This document shows, in pieces, positions 13,240 through 26,392 of a stretch of 64,000 nt of DNA. The stretch is from NCBI RefSeq assembly GCF_046119375.1, contig NW_027362771.1, positions 155,434,001 through 155,498,000 on the forward strand, given 5' to 3'. Source of the stretch: Phyllobates terribilis (taxonomy: Eukaryota). The notes under the pieces are model-generated. The model saw nothing but the letters and a program-made list of their open reading frames with translations, did no database searches and was not told where the DNA came from. The position numbers and the translations under genes were made by a program. Position 1 is the first letter of the stretch. Each line of letters begins with the position of its first letter.

Positions 13240-14400
13240 GAAAAGTAGTTTACAACAAATTGAGAGGTCCATTTTCTCATGTTACCCTTGTGAAAATGAA
13301 AAATTTGAGGCTAAAGCAACATTTGTGGCAAAAAAATAATTTTAGATTTTTTTCCACTTTGCTTTAATTCATGTGAAGCACCTAAAGCTTAATACACTGT
13401 TTGAATGCAGTTTTGATTACTTTGAGGAGTGAAGTTTGAAACCCAATAAGGATCAGGCAATTTTTTTTTGCCTTTTTTTCTCCTCTTCGAAGAGCCATAA
13501 CTTTTTATTTTTCCACCCACTTAGCCTTATAAGAGCTTGTTTCTCGCATGACTAATTGTACTTTTGAATGAGACCATTCATTTTACCATAAAATGTACTG
13601 GAAAATGGTAAAACAAAATTCCAAGTGAGGTGAAATTGCAAAAAAAAGAAATGTAATGCCGTATTTGTTTTCTGGATTTTGTTTTTATGACATTCATTGT
13701 TCTGTAAAAATAACCTAGAAATAAGATTCTCTACATGTTAGTACAACTACAGCAATAAAAAAAAAAACAAAAAAAAACATGCAAGTTTGTAAGTAGTGAA
13801 AAAAATTTTGAAATTCCTTAAAAAATGCTTTTGTCGCCATTTTCCGAGACCCTTAATGTTTTAGTTTTATCTGTGTAAGGGCTTGTTTTTCAGTGTGACC
13901 TATCATTTTTATCGATCCCATTTTGGTATGGATATGACGTTTTGATTGCTTATTGCATTTTTTTTGTAGTTTTAGCAACCAAAAATATACGCAGTTCTGG
14001 TGTTTGTTTTTCTCTTTTTTATCAATCGGGTTAATATTTTGATGGATTGGACTTTTAGGGACGCAGCGATACCATGTTTTGTTTTTTTTTAAGATCTTTA
14101 TTATTAATCGGGGAAAGGGTGATTCAACTGTTTATATATATATATAAATTTTTATTTTTTTTAAAACATTTTTATTCAAATTTGTTAGTTCCCTTAGGGG
14201 ACTTGAACCTGCAATCGTCTGATTGCTTGTACTATAACCAGCAATGCTACAGTACTGCTGTATATAGCACAAATCACAGTCTTGGAAGCACTGGGAAATG
14301 TTGAAATGTTCCAGAGTTATTACCACATAAAGTGGCACGTCAGAATTGAAAAATTTGGTCTGGTCAGGAAGGTGAAAACAGGCTTTGGCGGTAAGTGATT
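13240..14400. mobile_element. Fragment of a long piggyBac-like non-autonomous repeat family
   Basis: 14280-14400 is the reverse complement of the terminus at 26393-26540; the internal part resembles 29800-30120 and 38200-38560. Confidence 0.6.
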
Positions 14401-14561
14401 AAAATTTGAAGTGGATCTTGGAAAACCCCTTTAAACTCATTTTGATATTTTTAACCTTGTTAAATGAATGTTAGGTAAGAGGATATCTCGCATATGGACC
14501 GCATTATCATTTCATATACTCACATCAGCAAGATTACTCATTGCCAAACATTAGTCTAAGG

Positions 14562-15332
14562 CAGGGGTCTCAAACTCGGCTAAGTATATGGGCCACACAT
14601 AGAAAAAATGTGAATTTGAAGGGCTGCATTCTTTGCAGGATGATGTGAAATTTTTAATGATACCATATTGTTTTTTTCTATACACCTTTTGGATAATTAT
14701 TTGAACATTTTTGGCTTTTTTATTTTATTCTTTTACATGGCATTTATTTTATGGGTTATGGTACAGTTTTACAGTTTTTACAAGTTTACAGTTTTTACAA
14801 TTTGCATTTCCTTTTTGTGTCCCCTAATTGGCCACATACAGTGATTTTTTTTCTTACAATTTTCACCATGTAGTAATTCTGACCAACTTCTTATAGTAAT
14901 GTCCCCATCTTGTAGTAGTTTCCCCATCTCGTGGTAATGTCCCCATCCTTGTCCGCATCTTGTAGTAATGCCCCCCATCCTGGTCCCCATCTTTTAGTAA
15001 TGTGCCCATCCTGGTCCCCATCTTGTAGAAATGTGCCATCCTGGTCCCCATCTTGTAGTAATGTGCCCATCCCGGTCCCCATCTTGTAGAAATGTGCCAT
15101 CCTGGTCCCCATCTTGTAGTAATGTGCCCATCCCGGTCCCCATCTTGTAATAATGTGCCCATCCTGGTCCCCATCTTGTAGTAATGGCCCATGCTGGTCA
15201 CTAACTTGTAGAACATTCAACTTAAAAGAATTACGGACATCGGCGGCCCTCAGGACCAGGCCGCAATCATTACGGGGTCTCTGGTGCCTGCGGGCCGCAT
15301 GCGGCCCTCGGGCCACGTGTTTGAGACCCCTG
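14562..15332. mobile_element. Non-autonomous hAT (Buster-type) element carrying an internal ~31-33 bp minisatellite (14895-15190)
   Basis: TIR CAGGGGTCTCAAAC at both ends; perfect 8-bp TSD GTCTAAGG (14554-14561 and 15333-15340) fitting NNNTANNN. Confidence 0.92.
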
Positions 15333-15899
15333 GTCTAAGGCCACATGCACACGTTCAGTATTTTACCTCAGTATTTGTAAGCCAAAACCAGGAGAGGAAC
15401 AGTCAGAGGAAAAGTATAATAGAAACACGTCACCACTTCTGTATTTATCACCCACTCCTGGTTTTGGCTTACAAATACTGAGGTAACATACTGAAGGTGT
15501 GAATTGGGTCTAACAAGCTCTATGCAAGCTACGATTTTATAATGGAAGGGTTGAAAGTACTTTATCGAGGTACTCTTCATGCTTGGTTAGGAGGACACTT
15601 TGGAATTAGAAATTCCCTAATATTAGTGATATGACTGTAACTATTAGGTAAGTTTCACATGTACTGTGTTTGGCTCAGAAGACTAGATGAGGCCATATGG
15701 TTTCCTGCCCTGTGCTGTTCCATATCGGTCTACTCCGCAGTGAGTTCAGATCTGGAGACCCAGCAGTCGGTCTCCATTTCATAGATGTGTGAAACGTACC
15801 TGAGTTAGTATAAGGCCACGGCTAAACTAGCAGTATTCGGTCATTATTTTTTTTCCTGTCGATATTTTTTCTTAAGTCAATATGATTTGTGTCTATTTA

Positions 15900-18800
15900 T
15901 GAAAAATCTAAAATTTGACAAAAATTTTGAAAGATTACCTTCTTCGAACTTTGACATTTTATTCCCTTAAGGCCTCATTCAGACAGCCGTGTTGCACGTA
16001 CCTGTTCTATCTGTGATTTCACAAATACAACACGACCCTTAAAATGTATGCTGCTATTCACATGTCCATGTCTTTTTGCAAACTGTGCCTATACAAGTCT
16101 GTGAGATTCACAAACATCACACGGATTTCATGTGTGTGCAATCCATGTGCTGTCTGTGAATAACACTGCAATAAACAAGAGAAGCTTTGTAATTTATTTT
16201 ATTGATCCATACGTGAATATCACTGCTGACACTTGTCCCATTTTTTTTTGCAAACATGAAAAACGTCTAAATGAGGCATAAAAGTCATACCACACAAAAT
16301 TGTTAATAAATAAGATTTAGCACATGTCTACTTTACATCAGCATATTTTTTTTAGACGTTTTGTTAGGACGTTAGAAGTGTTAAGTTTTCCAGCAATATT
16401 TCAATAAAATTTACAAAATCTACATTTTTAGGGACATCACTTTTGAAGTGAATTTGACGACCCTTTGTCAGAAAACGTAAAAACAATACAATTTAAAATC
16501 TGCACCCCTCAACTTATTGAAAACCCCATACAGTAAGTTTGTTAAGGTGCGTCGCATAAATTAATCAATGCAAATTGGAAAAAAAGAACATTTTTAATGT
16601 TCCCCAGGGTAAAAGACAATTTGTTGTGAAATTTCTCCTAATTATACAAATAACTCACATAGTCAGAAACTACTGTTTGGGCACACTGCAGGGGCTTGGC
16701 AGGGAAGGAGCACTAATTGATTTTTGGAACACAAATAGATTGCAGACGCCATGTCGCATTTACAGAGAACCCAAGTTGCCAAAACAACAGATACCACACA
16801 CAATTGACCCCATTTTGGAAACTATGCCCCTTCATAGAATTCAAGGAGGGGGTGTTATGAACACCTTAAAAGGGAACTAGCCAGCAGGATTTTGCTACAT
16901 AAACTACAGGCAGTGTCATATAGTGTTAAAGATGTGCAAAGATATAGATAGCTAGATAGATACCTGTGAGATATATAATTAGTGCTTTGTGTGTGTAGTT
17001 TATTATACATATATTAAGCTAATAAATGAAAATAACGATGTTTGGTCCCCTTCATTTTTGATAACCAGCAAAGGTAAAGCAGACAACTGTGAGCTTATAT
17101 TATCAGGCTTGGAAGGTCTCTGGTTATCGGGCCCTTTCCAGCCTAAAAATACCAGCCCTGAGCTGCCCCAGAAGTGGCGCATCAAATTAGATGCTGGTGC
17201 TTTGCCTCGCTCTTTCCAACTGCCCTGGTGCGTTGGCAATCGGGGTAATGGTAATTGGGGTTGATAATATCAGCTGTGATTTGTCATAAATGATAGCTGG
17301 CATCAAACCCTGATGTTAGTAATGGAGAGGTGTGTATCAGACACCCCAATTACTGACTCAGTAATGGAGAGAAAAAAAAAACACAGCACCATTTGATTTT
17401 TGGAGCACAAATGGAATTCACCTACCGTTGTGATGAACATCTTGAGCCCACAGTTGCTGCACAAAATTTTATAACATTGGGGATGTGAAAATTAAATATT
17501 ACATTTTTTCCATGAAAATGTTGATTTAGCCCTCAATTTTTCATTGTCACAAAAGGTATCAGGTGAAAATGAACCGTACAAATTTTTGGCCAATTTCTCC
17601 TGTGTACGCAGATACCCCATATATGGTTAGAAACTACAATTTAGGTAAACAGCAGGGCTTGGAGAAGATAAAGTGCCACTTGACTTTTGGAGGGCCATTT
17701 TTGCTACAAATACATTGCAAATTCCATGTCACATTAGCAAAGCCACTGAGTTGCCAAACAGCAGAACCCCCAAGTGACCCCATTTTGGAAACTACACTTG
17801 TTGAGGAATTCATCTAGGGGTGTAGTGAGCATTTTAAACCCACAGATGATTCACAGACTTGTATAACACTGGGCTGTGGAAATTAAAAAAAAAAAAATTT
17901 CCACTAAAATGTTGTTTTAGCCCTAAGTTCTTAATTTTTAAAATAGATAAGATAAAATGGATCTCATAATAGTCACGAAATTTCTCCTGAGGTCATGGTG
18001 ACCCATATGTGATCAGAAACTACGGTACTTGTCAGGCACAGTGCGTCGCTTAGAAGAGAAGGATCGCCATAATAGAGTGCAGATTTTGCTGGAATGATTT
18101 GCGGGTGCCATGTCACACTGGCCAAAACAGCAGAACCCTCTAAGTGATGCAGTGAATTCATCTAGGGGTGCAGTGGTCATATTGACATCACAGGTGTTTC
18201 ACAGAATTATATACAATTGGGCAGTGAAGAAAAAATAATTACATTTTTAACACTTTTAGCCCCACATTTTCTATTTTCACAAGGGCAAATAGATAAAATG
18301 GCCCCATTACTTTGTTACACAATTTCACTTGACCAATACTCTCAAACAATTTCTCTTGGCAATACTTCATATATGACTGTATAGCACTGTTTGGCCACAC
18401 GGCAAACCTGGGTAGGGAAGAAGGGCTATTTAACTTTTGGAGCTCAGATTTTCCTAGAATAGTTGGCAGACTCCATTTGCAGAGCCCCCAAGTATAAGAA
18501 CAGTAGAAACCCCACTCAAGTAACCGCATTTTAGAAATTACACCCTTCTATGAATTTATCTACAGGTGTAGTGGTGATTTTGACTCCATGTGTGTTTTCC
18601 AGAAACAAGCAGAAGTGGATCTTGCCGGAAGAAAATGCAAATATGCTAATGCTTCTGGAGACAACCGCCCTGTAAATTAAGTGGGCTCTGCTTGCTACAG
18701 TAATGGCAAACATGTGCCCGCTATAGGCAGTGTTGGGCTTAGGGAGTGTGGCATTTGGGTTTGAGAGCACATAATTTACTAGGATTTCTTTTGGGAGTAA

Positions 18801-19760
18801 GCCATGAGATTTTTCCAGAGCCTTTATAATACCAATAACGTGGACACTGCCTATATTTCCGTTAATAGATGATAGACCCGAGTTGAAGCTTTTATCGGTA
18901 ACATTTTGGATCACTTTCAAGGCTCAGTTCACATTTATCCTGTGCTCTACGCTGTGCACTTACATTGGGTTCCCATCAAAACGCATCACGGGTTTTGTCT
19001 GAATCACATTTTTCAGAGATTTACATGGAAACCCCGATGTAATTGTCAGCATAGAGCCCAAGATACATTTGAACCGAGCCCTACTGCGACATTTGGAAGA
19101 CAGAAAGAACAAATCAACAGCAGTACAAGAATTGCTTTTATTTATTTTTTACGTTCACTGTGCAGTGTAGGTAATCAGACGGCTTCATTCTTTGGGACAG
19201 TGCGATTACAGTAATACCAGATTTAGATAACTTGTTTTGTTAAAAAAACAACTTTTTGGATCACTATATTTTTGAGAGCTGTAATTTATTTATTTTTTTT
19301 TCTGTGGACAGTTGTGTGTGTGTGGGGGGGGTCTTGTCTTTTGCGGGATAAGTTGAAGTTTTTATTTGTACTATTTTGGAGTACATAATTTTTTTGGGTC
19401 AGTTTTTTATTCCGATTTTTTGAAGTCAGCATGAACAAAAAATTATAATTTAGAAATTGTTTTTTGTTTTACGCCATTCATAATTATCTATTCACTGGGT
19501 CAATAAGATTACATCACTACCATATTTCGATAGTTTTTCCATGTTTTGCTGCATTTACACAATAAAAACTTTTTTTATGGGAAAAACATGTTTTTACATT
19601 ACCATATTCCAATATCAAATGTGTACTTTGATTTTTTTTATTCTACCTGAAAACAAAAATAATTACTCTAATATTGATATTTATTTGGTCTTTTTTGTAA
19701 CTTTTTTTTTTTTTTACCTGGTCCCTCTATGGGACTTATTTATCTGATCCCTGATCTAAA
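15900..19760. mobile_element. Long piggyBac-like non-autonomous repeat copy (paralogous to 26393-30130)
   Basis: Collinear shared blocks (catgtctactttacatcag at ~16323/26708; gccatgtcgc at ~16749/27211; repeated gaccccattttggaaact subrepeats); boundaries approximate. Confidence 0.65.
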
Positions 19761-21899
19761 GCATTGCAATCCTTAACTCAGGAACACATCTTCGGAATAA
19801 AAAATAAACTAGGAGATTCAGATCAGCAGGATTTACACCAAGTAAAAACTTAACTCGTTTAAGGCAAGCGCCAGGTCCTCTAAGTATACGTTATAGGCAT
19901 TTGTTCTAGATGTGAATGTCCAGGAGTCATCTTATCATTTCCTACATATTAAAAGCAATGTATTCTTGACCTTCAGAATGTCATTTTTTTGGACTGTTAT
20001 TACCTGGTTTTTGTAAAGCCTCAAAGCTTAGCTCTTTTTTTTATTCATCGAGTTGTATGTTGAATGTTAATTACTGCTTTTAATTTCGCTTAAATTTCTA
20101 AATCTTATTTCTTTGCTAATAGAATATTCCTAGAAAATCAATCCCATTCCCTTCAGAAACAGGACCAGAACTTTCCATAGGATTGTAGTTCATATCCAGT
20201 TAAGTGAATGGTGGCTGAGCTGCAATGCCACAAACAAACTGTTGCAGACTGACCCTGTCGATGCTTTGGAGTGCTGGTTCCTTCAATTGACAAGTGTTGT
20301 GATGCAATTATCATTAGAAAGCAAATTGTAGGGGCTGGTACTTGCACTCCAAAGCATCATCGGAGGACAGAATTCGCTGTCCTCCTCTGGACTGACAGTT
20401 TGCTTTATTAGAAGCACCAGCCCCTTTAGACGACAAGATTTACACTGTGATGTCTAATAACAATAACATCACTTGTCAGTTAAAGGGACTGGTGCACCAA
20501 AGCATCAGCAAGGGTCAGTACAGGACAGTGAAGAACGTGATGTGATCTGAGCATATGTGCTCTGACACACTAACAATCATTTTATGGAAACTCCTCCCCC
20601 ATCAGGCGCACAGTGAAATGCTCCTCTCATTCTGTCAAAATCAGATATACAGATAAGTGGTGGATCTGACTCAGAGCAAGTAGTGCCTACATGTCAAAGG
20701 TTCATGCAAGTCATCCCACTTCACAGTGACCCTAATTGAGACCAGATTAAGGTTATCGTGATGTGGTGGGATGGCTTTTGCATTTTTTTTTTTTTAATCA
20801 AAATTATGTTAACTAGGTACCCTATATTATTTTCTTGCAATATTGCTGCTTATTTACTGCAGCGTATTTGCGTACTATGTTTCTATCTTTGTTCTTTTTA
20901 TCAACAGAAGGTAGCACGTGAGTAAAGCACAGCCCTGCAGGGGCAGGACTTAGCCAGGAACTCTAAGAGCAGTGTGCTCTGACTGGTGATCGATATGGGG
21001 GCATGACCTGGGATCCTCGGCAAGTTGTGAGTGACTGGGGATGTGTACAGAGAGGATAAAATGAAGGCATAGGGACAGTACAGGTTCCAAAGCAACATTT
21101 TATCCATCTTGAGACTGTACATGTGTCTCAGGACTATGCTTTGTAAGTGGAGTGGGTGGGCACAGAAGGAGGGAATGTGTGAGTTGTGGGTCAGGTACAG
21201 ACCAAGCACTTGACATATGAAGGCACAGAGAAAGAGCTGGCAGGAAGTAAATAATAACGAACAGAAAAAAAAAGGGGGGGGGGTGCAGTGGAGCTGCATA
21301 AGATTTCTTTATGAGGACATGCTGAAGATTTCTATTAGCAGGAATGTTTGAACAGTAAGAGAAAAGTAGTAAACCTGAAAGTTGTTTCTGCACATTTCTA
21401 GAGTCTTTATTGGTATAATACATTTCCATTAAAGGGTTTTCTTCCTTTATGCTCTTACATGGGTAAAATTAAAAAGTGAAATTTACTTGATAAAAATCAT
21501 GTCCTCAAAAACAGAGGGATTTTTATTGTTTGTGGCTCATCGCCTAAAAGACCAACCACTGCTGCCGTCTAGCAGCACTGGCCATACACGCAAAGTATAG
21601 CGCTTATAAGCACTACATTGAAGGAGGCCGTGATTGCAGGAATGTGCCCTAGTTGCTTATCCCAGCCAGCTTCAGTGCCACTGTGGTCCTTCAATGCGGC
21701 AGAGGCAAGGAAGTCTCTTATAGCATCATTTGAGAGCGCACCCCTCGGCACAATGTTGCTGGCTGAACTCTCAGGCAGAACCAAACAGGAAGAAGAGAGT
21801 TTGGGGGATTGGAACGCTTCTGCTGCAGATCGAGACAACCTCTTTAAATAAACCTTATCTAATGTAAAGCACTGAAACTGCCCCAGATCACCTCACTAA

Positions 21900-22524
21900 A
21901 GCCCCCGTCTCACATAGCGAGATTGCTAGCGAGATCGCTGCTGTGTCACGGTTTTGGTGACGCAACAGCGACCTCACCAGCGACGTCGCTATGTGTGACA
22001 CTTTGCAGCGATCAGGCCCCTGCTGTGAGGTCGCTGATTGCAGCAAAGTGTCCTGGACCATTTTTTGGTCGTTGCCCTCCCGCTGGTCAGCACACATCGC
22101 TGTGTGTGACCAGCGGGAGCAGCGATCAGGCTGGTAACCATGATAAACATCGGGTTACTAGGGGCACACGCGCACCTAGTAACCCGTTGTTTATCATGGT
22201 TACGAGCCTGCTAAAGTGAGCGGTAACCTCCCGCTCACCGTAGCAGAGTGGTAACCATGATAAACAACGGGTTACTAGGTGCGCGTGTGCCCCTAGTAAC
22301 CCGATGTTTAACATAGTTACCAGCCTGCTCCTGCTTCAGCAGGCTGGTAACTAGGAGCAGGACATCGTGGAAAGATTCTTTCCACGATGTCACTGCTCCC
22401 CTGATCGCTGGTGAGCCTGCCTGTTTGACAGCTCACCAGCGACCACATAGCGACGCAGCAACGATCCCTGACAGGTCGTATCGTTGTCGGGATCGTTGCA
22501 GCATCGCTTAGTGTGACGGGGCCT
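21900..22524. mobile_element. PIF/Harbinger-like MITE with multiple internal hairpins
   Basis: Termini ~GGCCCCGTCACAC inverted at both ends; two internal stems at 22127-22210 and 22250-22327. Confidence 0.75.
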
Positions 22525-23210
22525 TAAGAGGACCACATTTGTCAAACATTAGATCTCTTCTTGCAGTGCTTTGTCTCATAATATTAAATGCAACATGGCA
22601 CAGCGAAACCTAGTAGAGGACAGAAGGGAGCCAAAAGGAGAGGAGGCAGCCACTGAGCTTAGAATGTCTCATTCTCACCATCACCGCGATTGATGAATCC
22701 CGATTGAATGCTGCCCGGAGGAGTAATATACTACTGACAAGATGGAGCCAGAGGATAGCTGCCAAACGCTATGCATAACCAATATCACACTGCATGTGAA
22801 CCGAAAACTGCCTGCGCAAAAAGCAGCACAACTGCCTGATGAAGAAGGAGACAAATTCAGAAGAAACCCATGTTCAGGTATGAGGAGAAGAAAGCCATGC
22901 TGGTGTTGTAGACAGTTCAACCGTTTGTATGGAAATCTGACAAAGTCACAGGTAAGAAGAACACTGCTGTATACTATCAGGATATCTGGATTGACATGTT
23001 ATCTAACCTCTAACTTGTTTTTTTCTGGTTAGTCATGTACTGTATATGATTGCTGACTGCATTAAATACTTTATCCAGCATTTTGTATACATTTTCTTTA
23101 AGAGGACACCCCTCATAAATTAGCATATTTTTTGAATGAAGCTGTTCTGCAAAATCCTGGGAAAAACAAATAGCCATCTATGGAGTATTATAACACTAGA
23201 ATAGTGTGAT

Positions 23211-23417
23211 TTACTTCTTGTTAAGAGCCTCTAGCAGACGGAGAAGATGTAAGAAGAGATTAATCATATCAAGATAGAGGTTGATAGCAGCTAGGATATG
23301 CTCCTCAGGAGACAGTTTGTGCATTAGCAGATGTGTATCATAGATGATGAAGCCACAGAAGAGTAATGCTCCACCCGCAGCCATGACTAGTTCAATAGTC
23401 TCGCTATAAAAGAAGAG
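23211..23417 (-). CDS. TMBIM4: TMBIM4 exon 7 ([28 protein letters not shown]...[22 protein letters not shown])
   Basis: Acceptor ctccacAG at 23419-23418; TAA at 23213-23211; carries the conserved TMBIM IIYDT and LYLD..NLF motifs. Confidence 0.97.
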   Translation of the reverse strand, partial: LFFYSETIELVMAAGGALLFCGFIIYDTHLLMHKLSPEEHILAAINLYLDMINLFLHLLRLLEALNKK

Positions 23418-23727
23418 CTGTGGAGACAAAATTCAGAGATTGTTAACATTCTTCCCAGAAGGATCTTTGTAACACATATCTATATTCCCATTACAAACAG
23501 GGGGGCGGGGGGGTGAGAAGCTGCCGGGGACGCGCCTGTCCCCCTTGCGGCTCGATTCTTGGTGGCTATGAACTTATGTTTTTCACTGAAACGCAGCTGC
23601 ATTTCAGAGTCAAAAATAACTGGCTGACAGCATATAACCAGTGACTGATACATACTGCTCGTGGATCGGGCCGCATGTATCAGCTCTCAGGTTCCTTTAA
23701 CTTTGTCCTAGGGACAACTGTTTTAAA

Positions 23728-24049
23728 AGGGAATCTGTCCGGAGGATTTCACCCCCCATCTGATACTCCGTTACTGAGAAACCAGCTTTTGAATTGTCAC
23801 TCCAGCTCTATTTCCCGCCCAGTGCTGCCTGCTTGACCGACAGCCACTGAGCTGTGTGACTTCAGACAAAGGAGCCCTCAGTCAAGCAGGAGGAGCTCTT
23901 TGGCTTCATTTGCATATGACAATCAATCACTGATTTTTCAGTAACTGAGGAATGGACTGGCCACGTAAAGGTATTGCTGGATTTGTCTTTGAAACAGCTA
24001 TATACTCATATAAACAGTTTTGGGGTGAAATCCTGGTGACCGATTCCCT
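23728..24049. mobile_element. T2/Kolobok-type MITE
   Basis: TIR AGGGAATCTGTC / GACCGATTCCCT flanked by TTAA. Confidence 0.7.
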
Positions 24050-24362
24050 TTAAGCTATACCTGCAAAGATGAATGTCAATGTTGATTTTCTTTAACAAAC
24101 AAATGACTAACATTCCTGCCAAAAATTAAAAACTCTTTAAATCATTGACCCTTAACTACCTTTTTTCAGTTAGCTAGATTTTTTTTTTTAATCTTTCCCC
24201 ATGTTACAAGAAGGAACAGCTCTCCAACGTAAAAGATGCCACAAAACAACGCTTATCTGCTTTCTTTCAACAACAGCGCCACACCTGTCTAAAGGTTGTT
24301 TTTCGAAGTGTCACTAAGCTCCATTGAAATGAATAGGACTGCAATGTGACCCCTTCACTTAC

Positions 24363-24408
24363 CCTTAAAAATCCAGCTATGATTAAAATCCACAAACCAG
24401 CAAAGAGC
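24363..24408 (-). CDS. TMBIM4: TMBIM4 exon 6 (LFAGLWILIIAGFLR)
   Basis: 46 bp, tgcAG/GTaag boundaries, phases 2 and 0 consistent with neighbouring exons; too short for the ORF track. Confidence 0.95.
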
Positions 24409-24448
24409 CTGCAACAATAAATTGCATTTATTTATTTTGGATGGTTGG

Positions 24449-24483
<35 letters not shown>

Positions 24484-25640
24484 TCGATACTTTAAGATTA
24501 TCTTTTAATAGAAAATCATGGACATTTGACAAACATACAGACTATACAAACGCCAAACAAAGAAAATTCCTCATCCTAAATGAAGTATAATTACAAACTA
24601 AAAAATTACATAATGTAGATAAGAGTAATATTGCCTCAAAATTGACACAAAACATTCTGCATCACAACAATCCCTCCAAGAGTGGGAAGTGTATGCACTC
24701 TATAGATTCACATCCTAATACTGCCCATAAAATATGATTAGCATTTATTATCAACCAATTCAAAGCACCATCTATATCAGAGGTCCCCTACAGTGGCTCA
24801 GTAGTACCCTTTAAAACCAGGGAGTGACCGCAGCACAAATAAAACATATGGCACTATGGGCCCCATTCATCATTTGTGATTTAGTGAAGCCACTTTTCTT
24901 TTGTCTTGTGGTACTTGCTAATGCAGTTCATAAGTTTGGTGCAAAATCAAAAACACTCTCTCTTTAACCAGTTTTGTGACTTTTTATCACCAAAAGTTGA
25001 TAATTCTTTATAAAGTCTCAAAAATGTGCCACATTGAAAACTCCTTTAGAAACCTTACTTCAGGGGGGGGATGGAGGGAGATGTGGCCAAAAGAAACGCG
25101 ATATTTGGTAAAAGTTGCATTTCACAAGTGTGTCAAAAACATCTGGATCAGGACAGTTATTGAGAGAAGAAAAAAGGAAAAATAAAAAAAGGCACAAATT
25201 CTAAACTCACTAAAAAGGAGCAAAGTACTTTAGAAAATTGGAGAAACAACAATAATGATCCAGGGCCAATTTGTTTATACAAGTTCAACATAATGCAATT
25301 TCCAGTCTAAGACCATGTTCACATGCAGTTTTTTTCTGCAGTCAAAACACAATGTTCAAAAAACAGATTGTTTTTTTGCAGCTTTTTTTTCTGTGTGCAG
25401 ATGGCATGTAGATTTTATCCACAGTACGTTTAATTTAATCACCAAAAACGTGGCAAAACTGGTTTGCTGTGTTGTTTTGCACACTCACTTCCAAGTCACA
25501 ACAGGAAGTTTCATTACATGTGTAGACGGAGAACCAGTTTACCCTGCCTTCCTGTGACTCCTCTGATCACAGACACCAATATTTACATACACATTATTAT
25601 AGTAGGCATGTATTTCAGTAATGTGGGAAAACAAACGTAC

Positions 25641-25758
25641 CCAGCTCCAAACTTGCTAAAGTCCCTCTTTGACTGGAATGTATATGCCGTGAGACCAAGG
25701 AAAACAGCGGTCGTCAATATAAACGCCTGAAGAACCACCGCCACATCATAGAAAGTCA
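25641..25758 (-). CDS. TMBIM4: TMBIM4 exon 5 ([40 protein letters not shown])
   Basis: 118 bp, tttAG/GTacgt boundaries; conserved QSKRDFS motif. Confidence 0.97.
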
Positions 25759-25856
25759 CTAAAGATGGGGGAAAAAAAGAAATAAATGATTGAAGACATA
25801 AGAAAAACAAAGTAACGGTCACTGACAATGACTGTAAGAAATAACAATGCGTTTAC

Positions 25857-25890
25857 CTGCAATACCAACTGTTATGGCTTCTAAAAGGGT
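25857..25890 (-). CDS. TMBIM4: TMBIM4 exon 4 (TLLEAITVGIA)
   Basis: 34 bp, tgcAG/GTaaac boundaries, phases consistent. Confidence 0.93.
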
Positions 25891-26392
25891 CTGCAAATAA
25901 AAGGACAAAGCAGTTTATTAAACCCGGTGTGCAAAATCAATTACACAGCAATTTTACAATATGTACTCGTTTTTACACTGCTCCGGATATAATTTCTCAT
26001 AAATAGGCTAGTCCGGTAAAAAAAAGTTATCACCTGTTCACGGGATAGCTGATAACTATTGATCAGAGGAGGACCAATCGCTGTGACCCGCACTGATTGG
26101 CAGAATGGGGAGCTATTATTCCTGTTAGAATGGATTGGCAGTGCGCATGCCTGACCGCCGCTCCACTCTCTATGGGGCTGCCGAGCTCGGCTTTTTCTGG
26201 CAGCCCCATAAAGAATGAATGGAGTGGCGCTCAGACGTCCGAACTGACGCTCTATTTGTATCAGGGCTAAGATTTCCCTGTTCTATCGATCGGTCCGAGT
26301 CCAAGCGCTTGGATAACCCACTGAACAGTTAGTTATCACCTTTCCTGTGGATAGGCAATAACTTGTTTTCATTGGACAACCACTATAAATAT

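Noticed and set aside
22832-22875. CTGATGA...GAAAC spacing suggestive of a hammerhead ribozyme (also CTGACGAG at ~35229)
   Set aside because: No convincing stem II or flanking stems could be paired.
24449-24479. Poly(A) run of ~30 nt as a possible retrocopy tail
   Set aside because: No recognisable SINE or mRNA body and no TSD; treated as a simple repeat.
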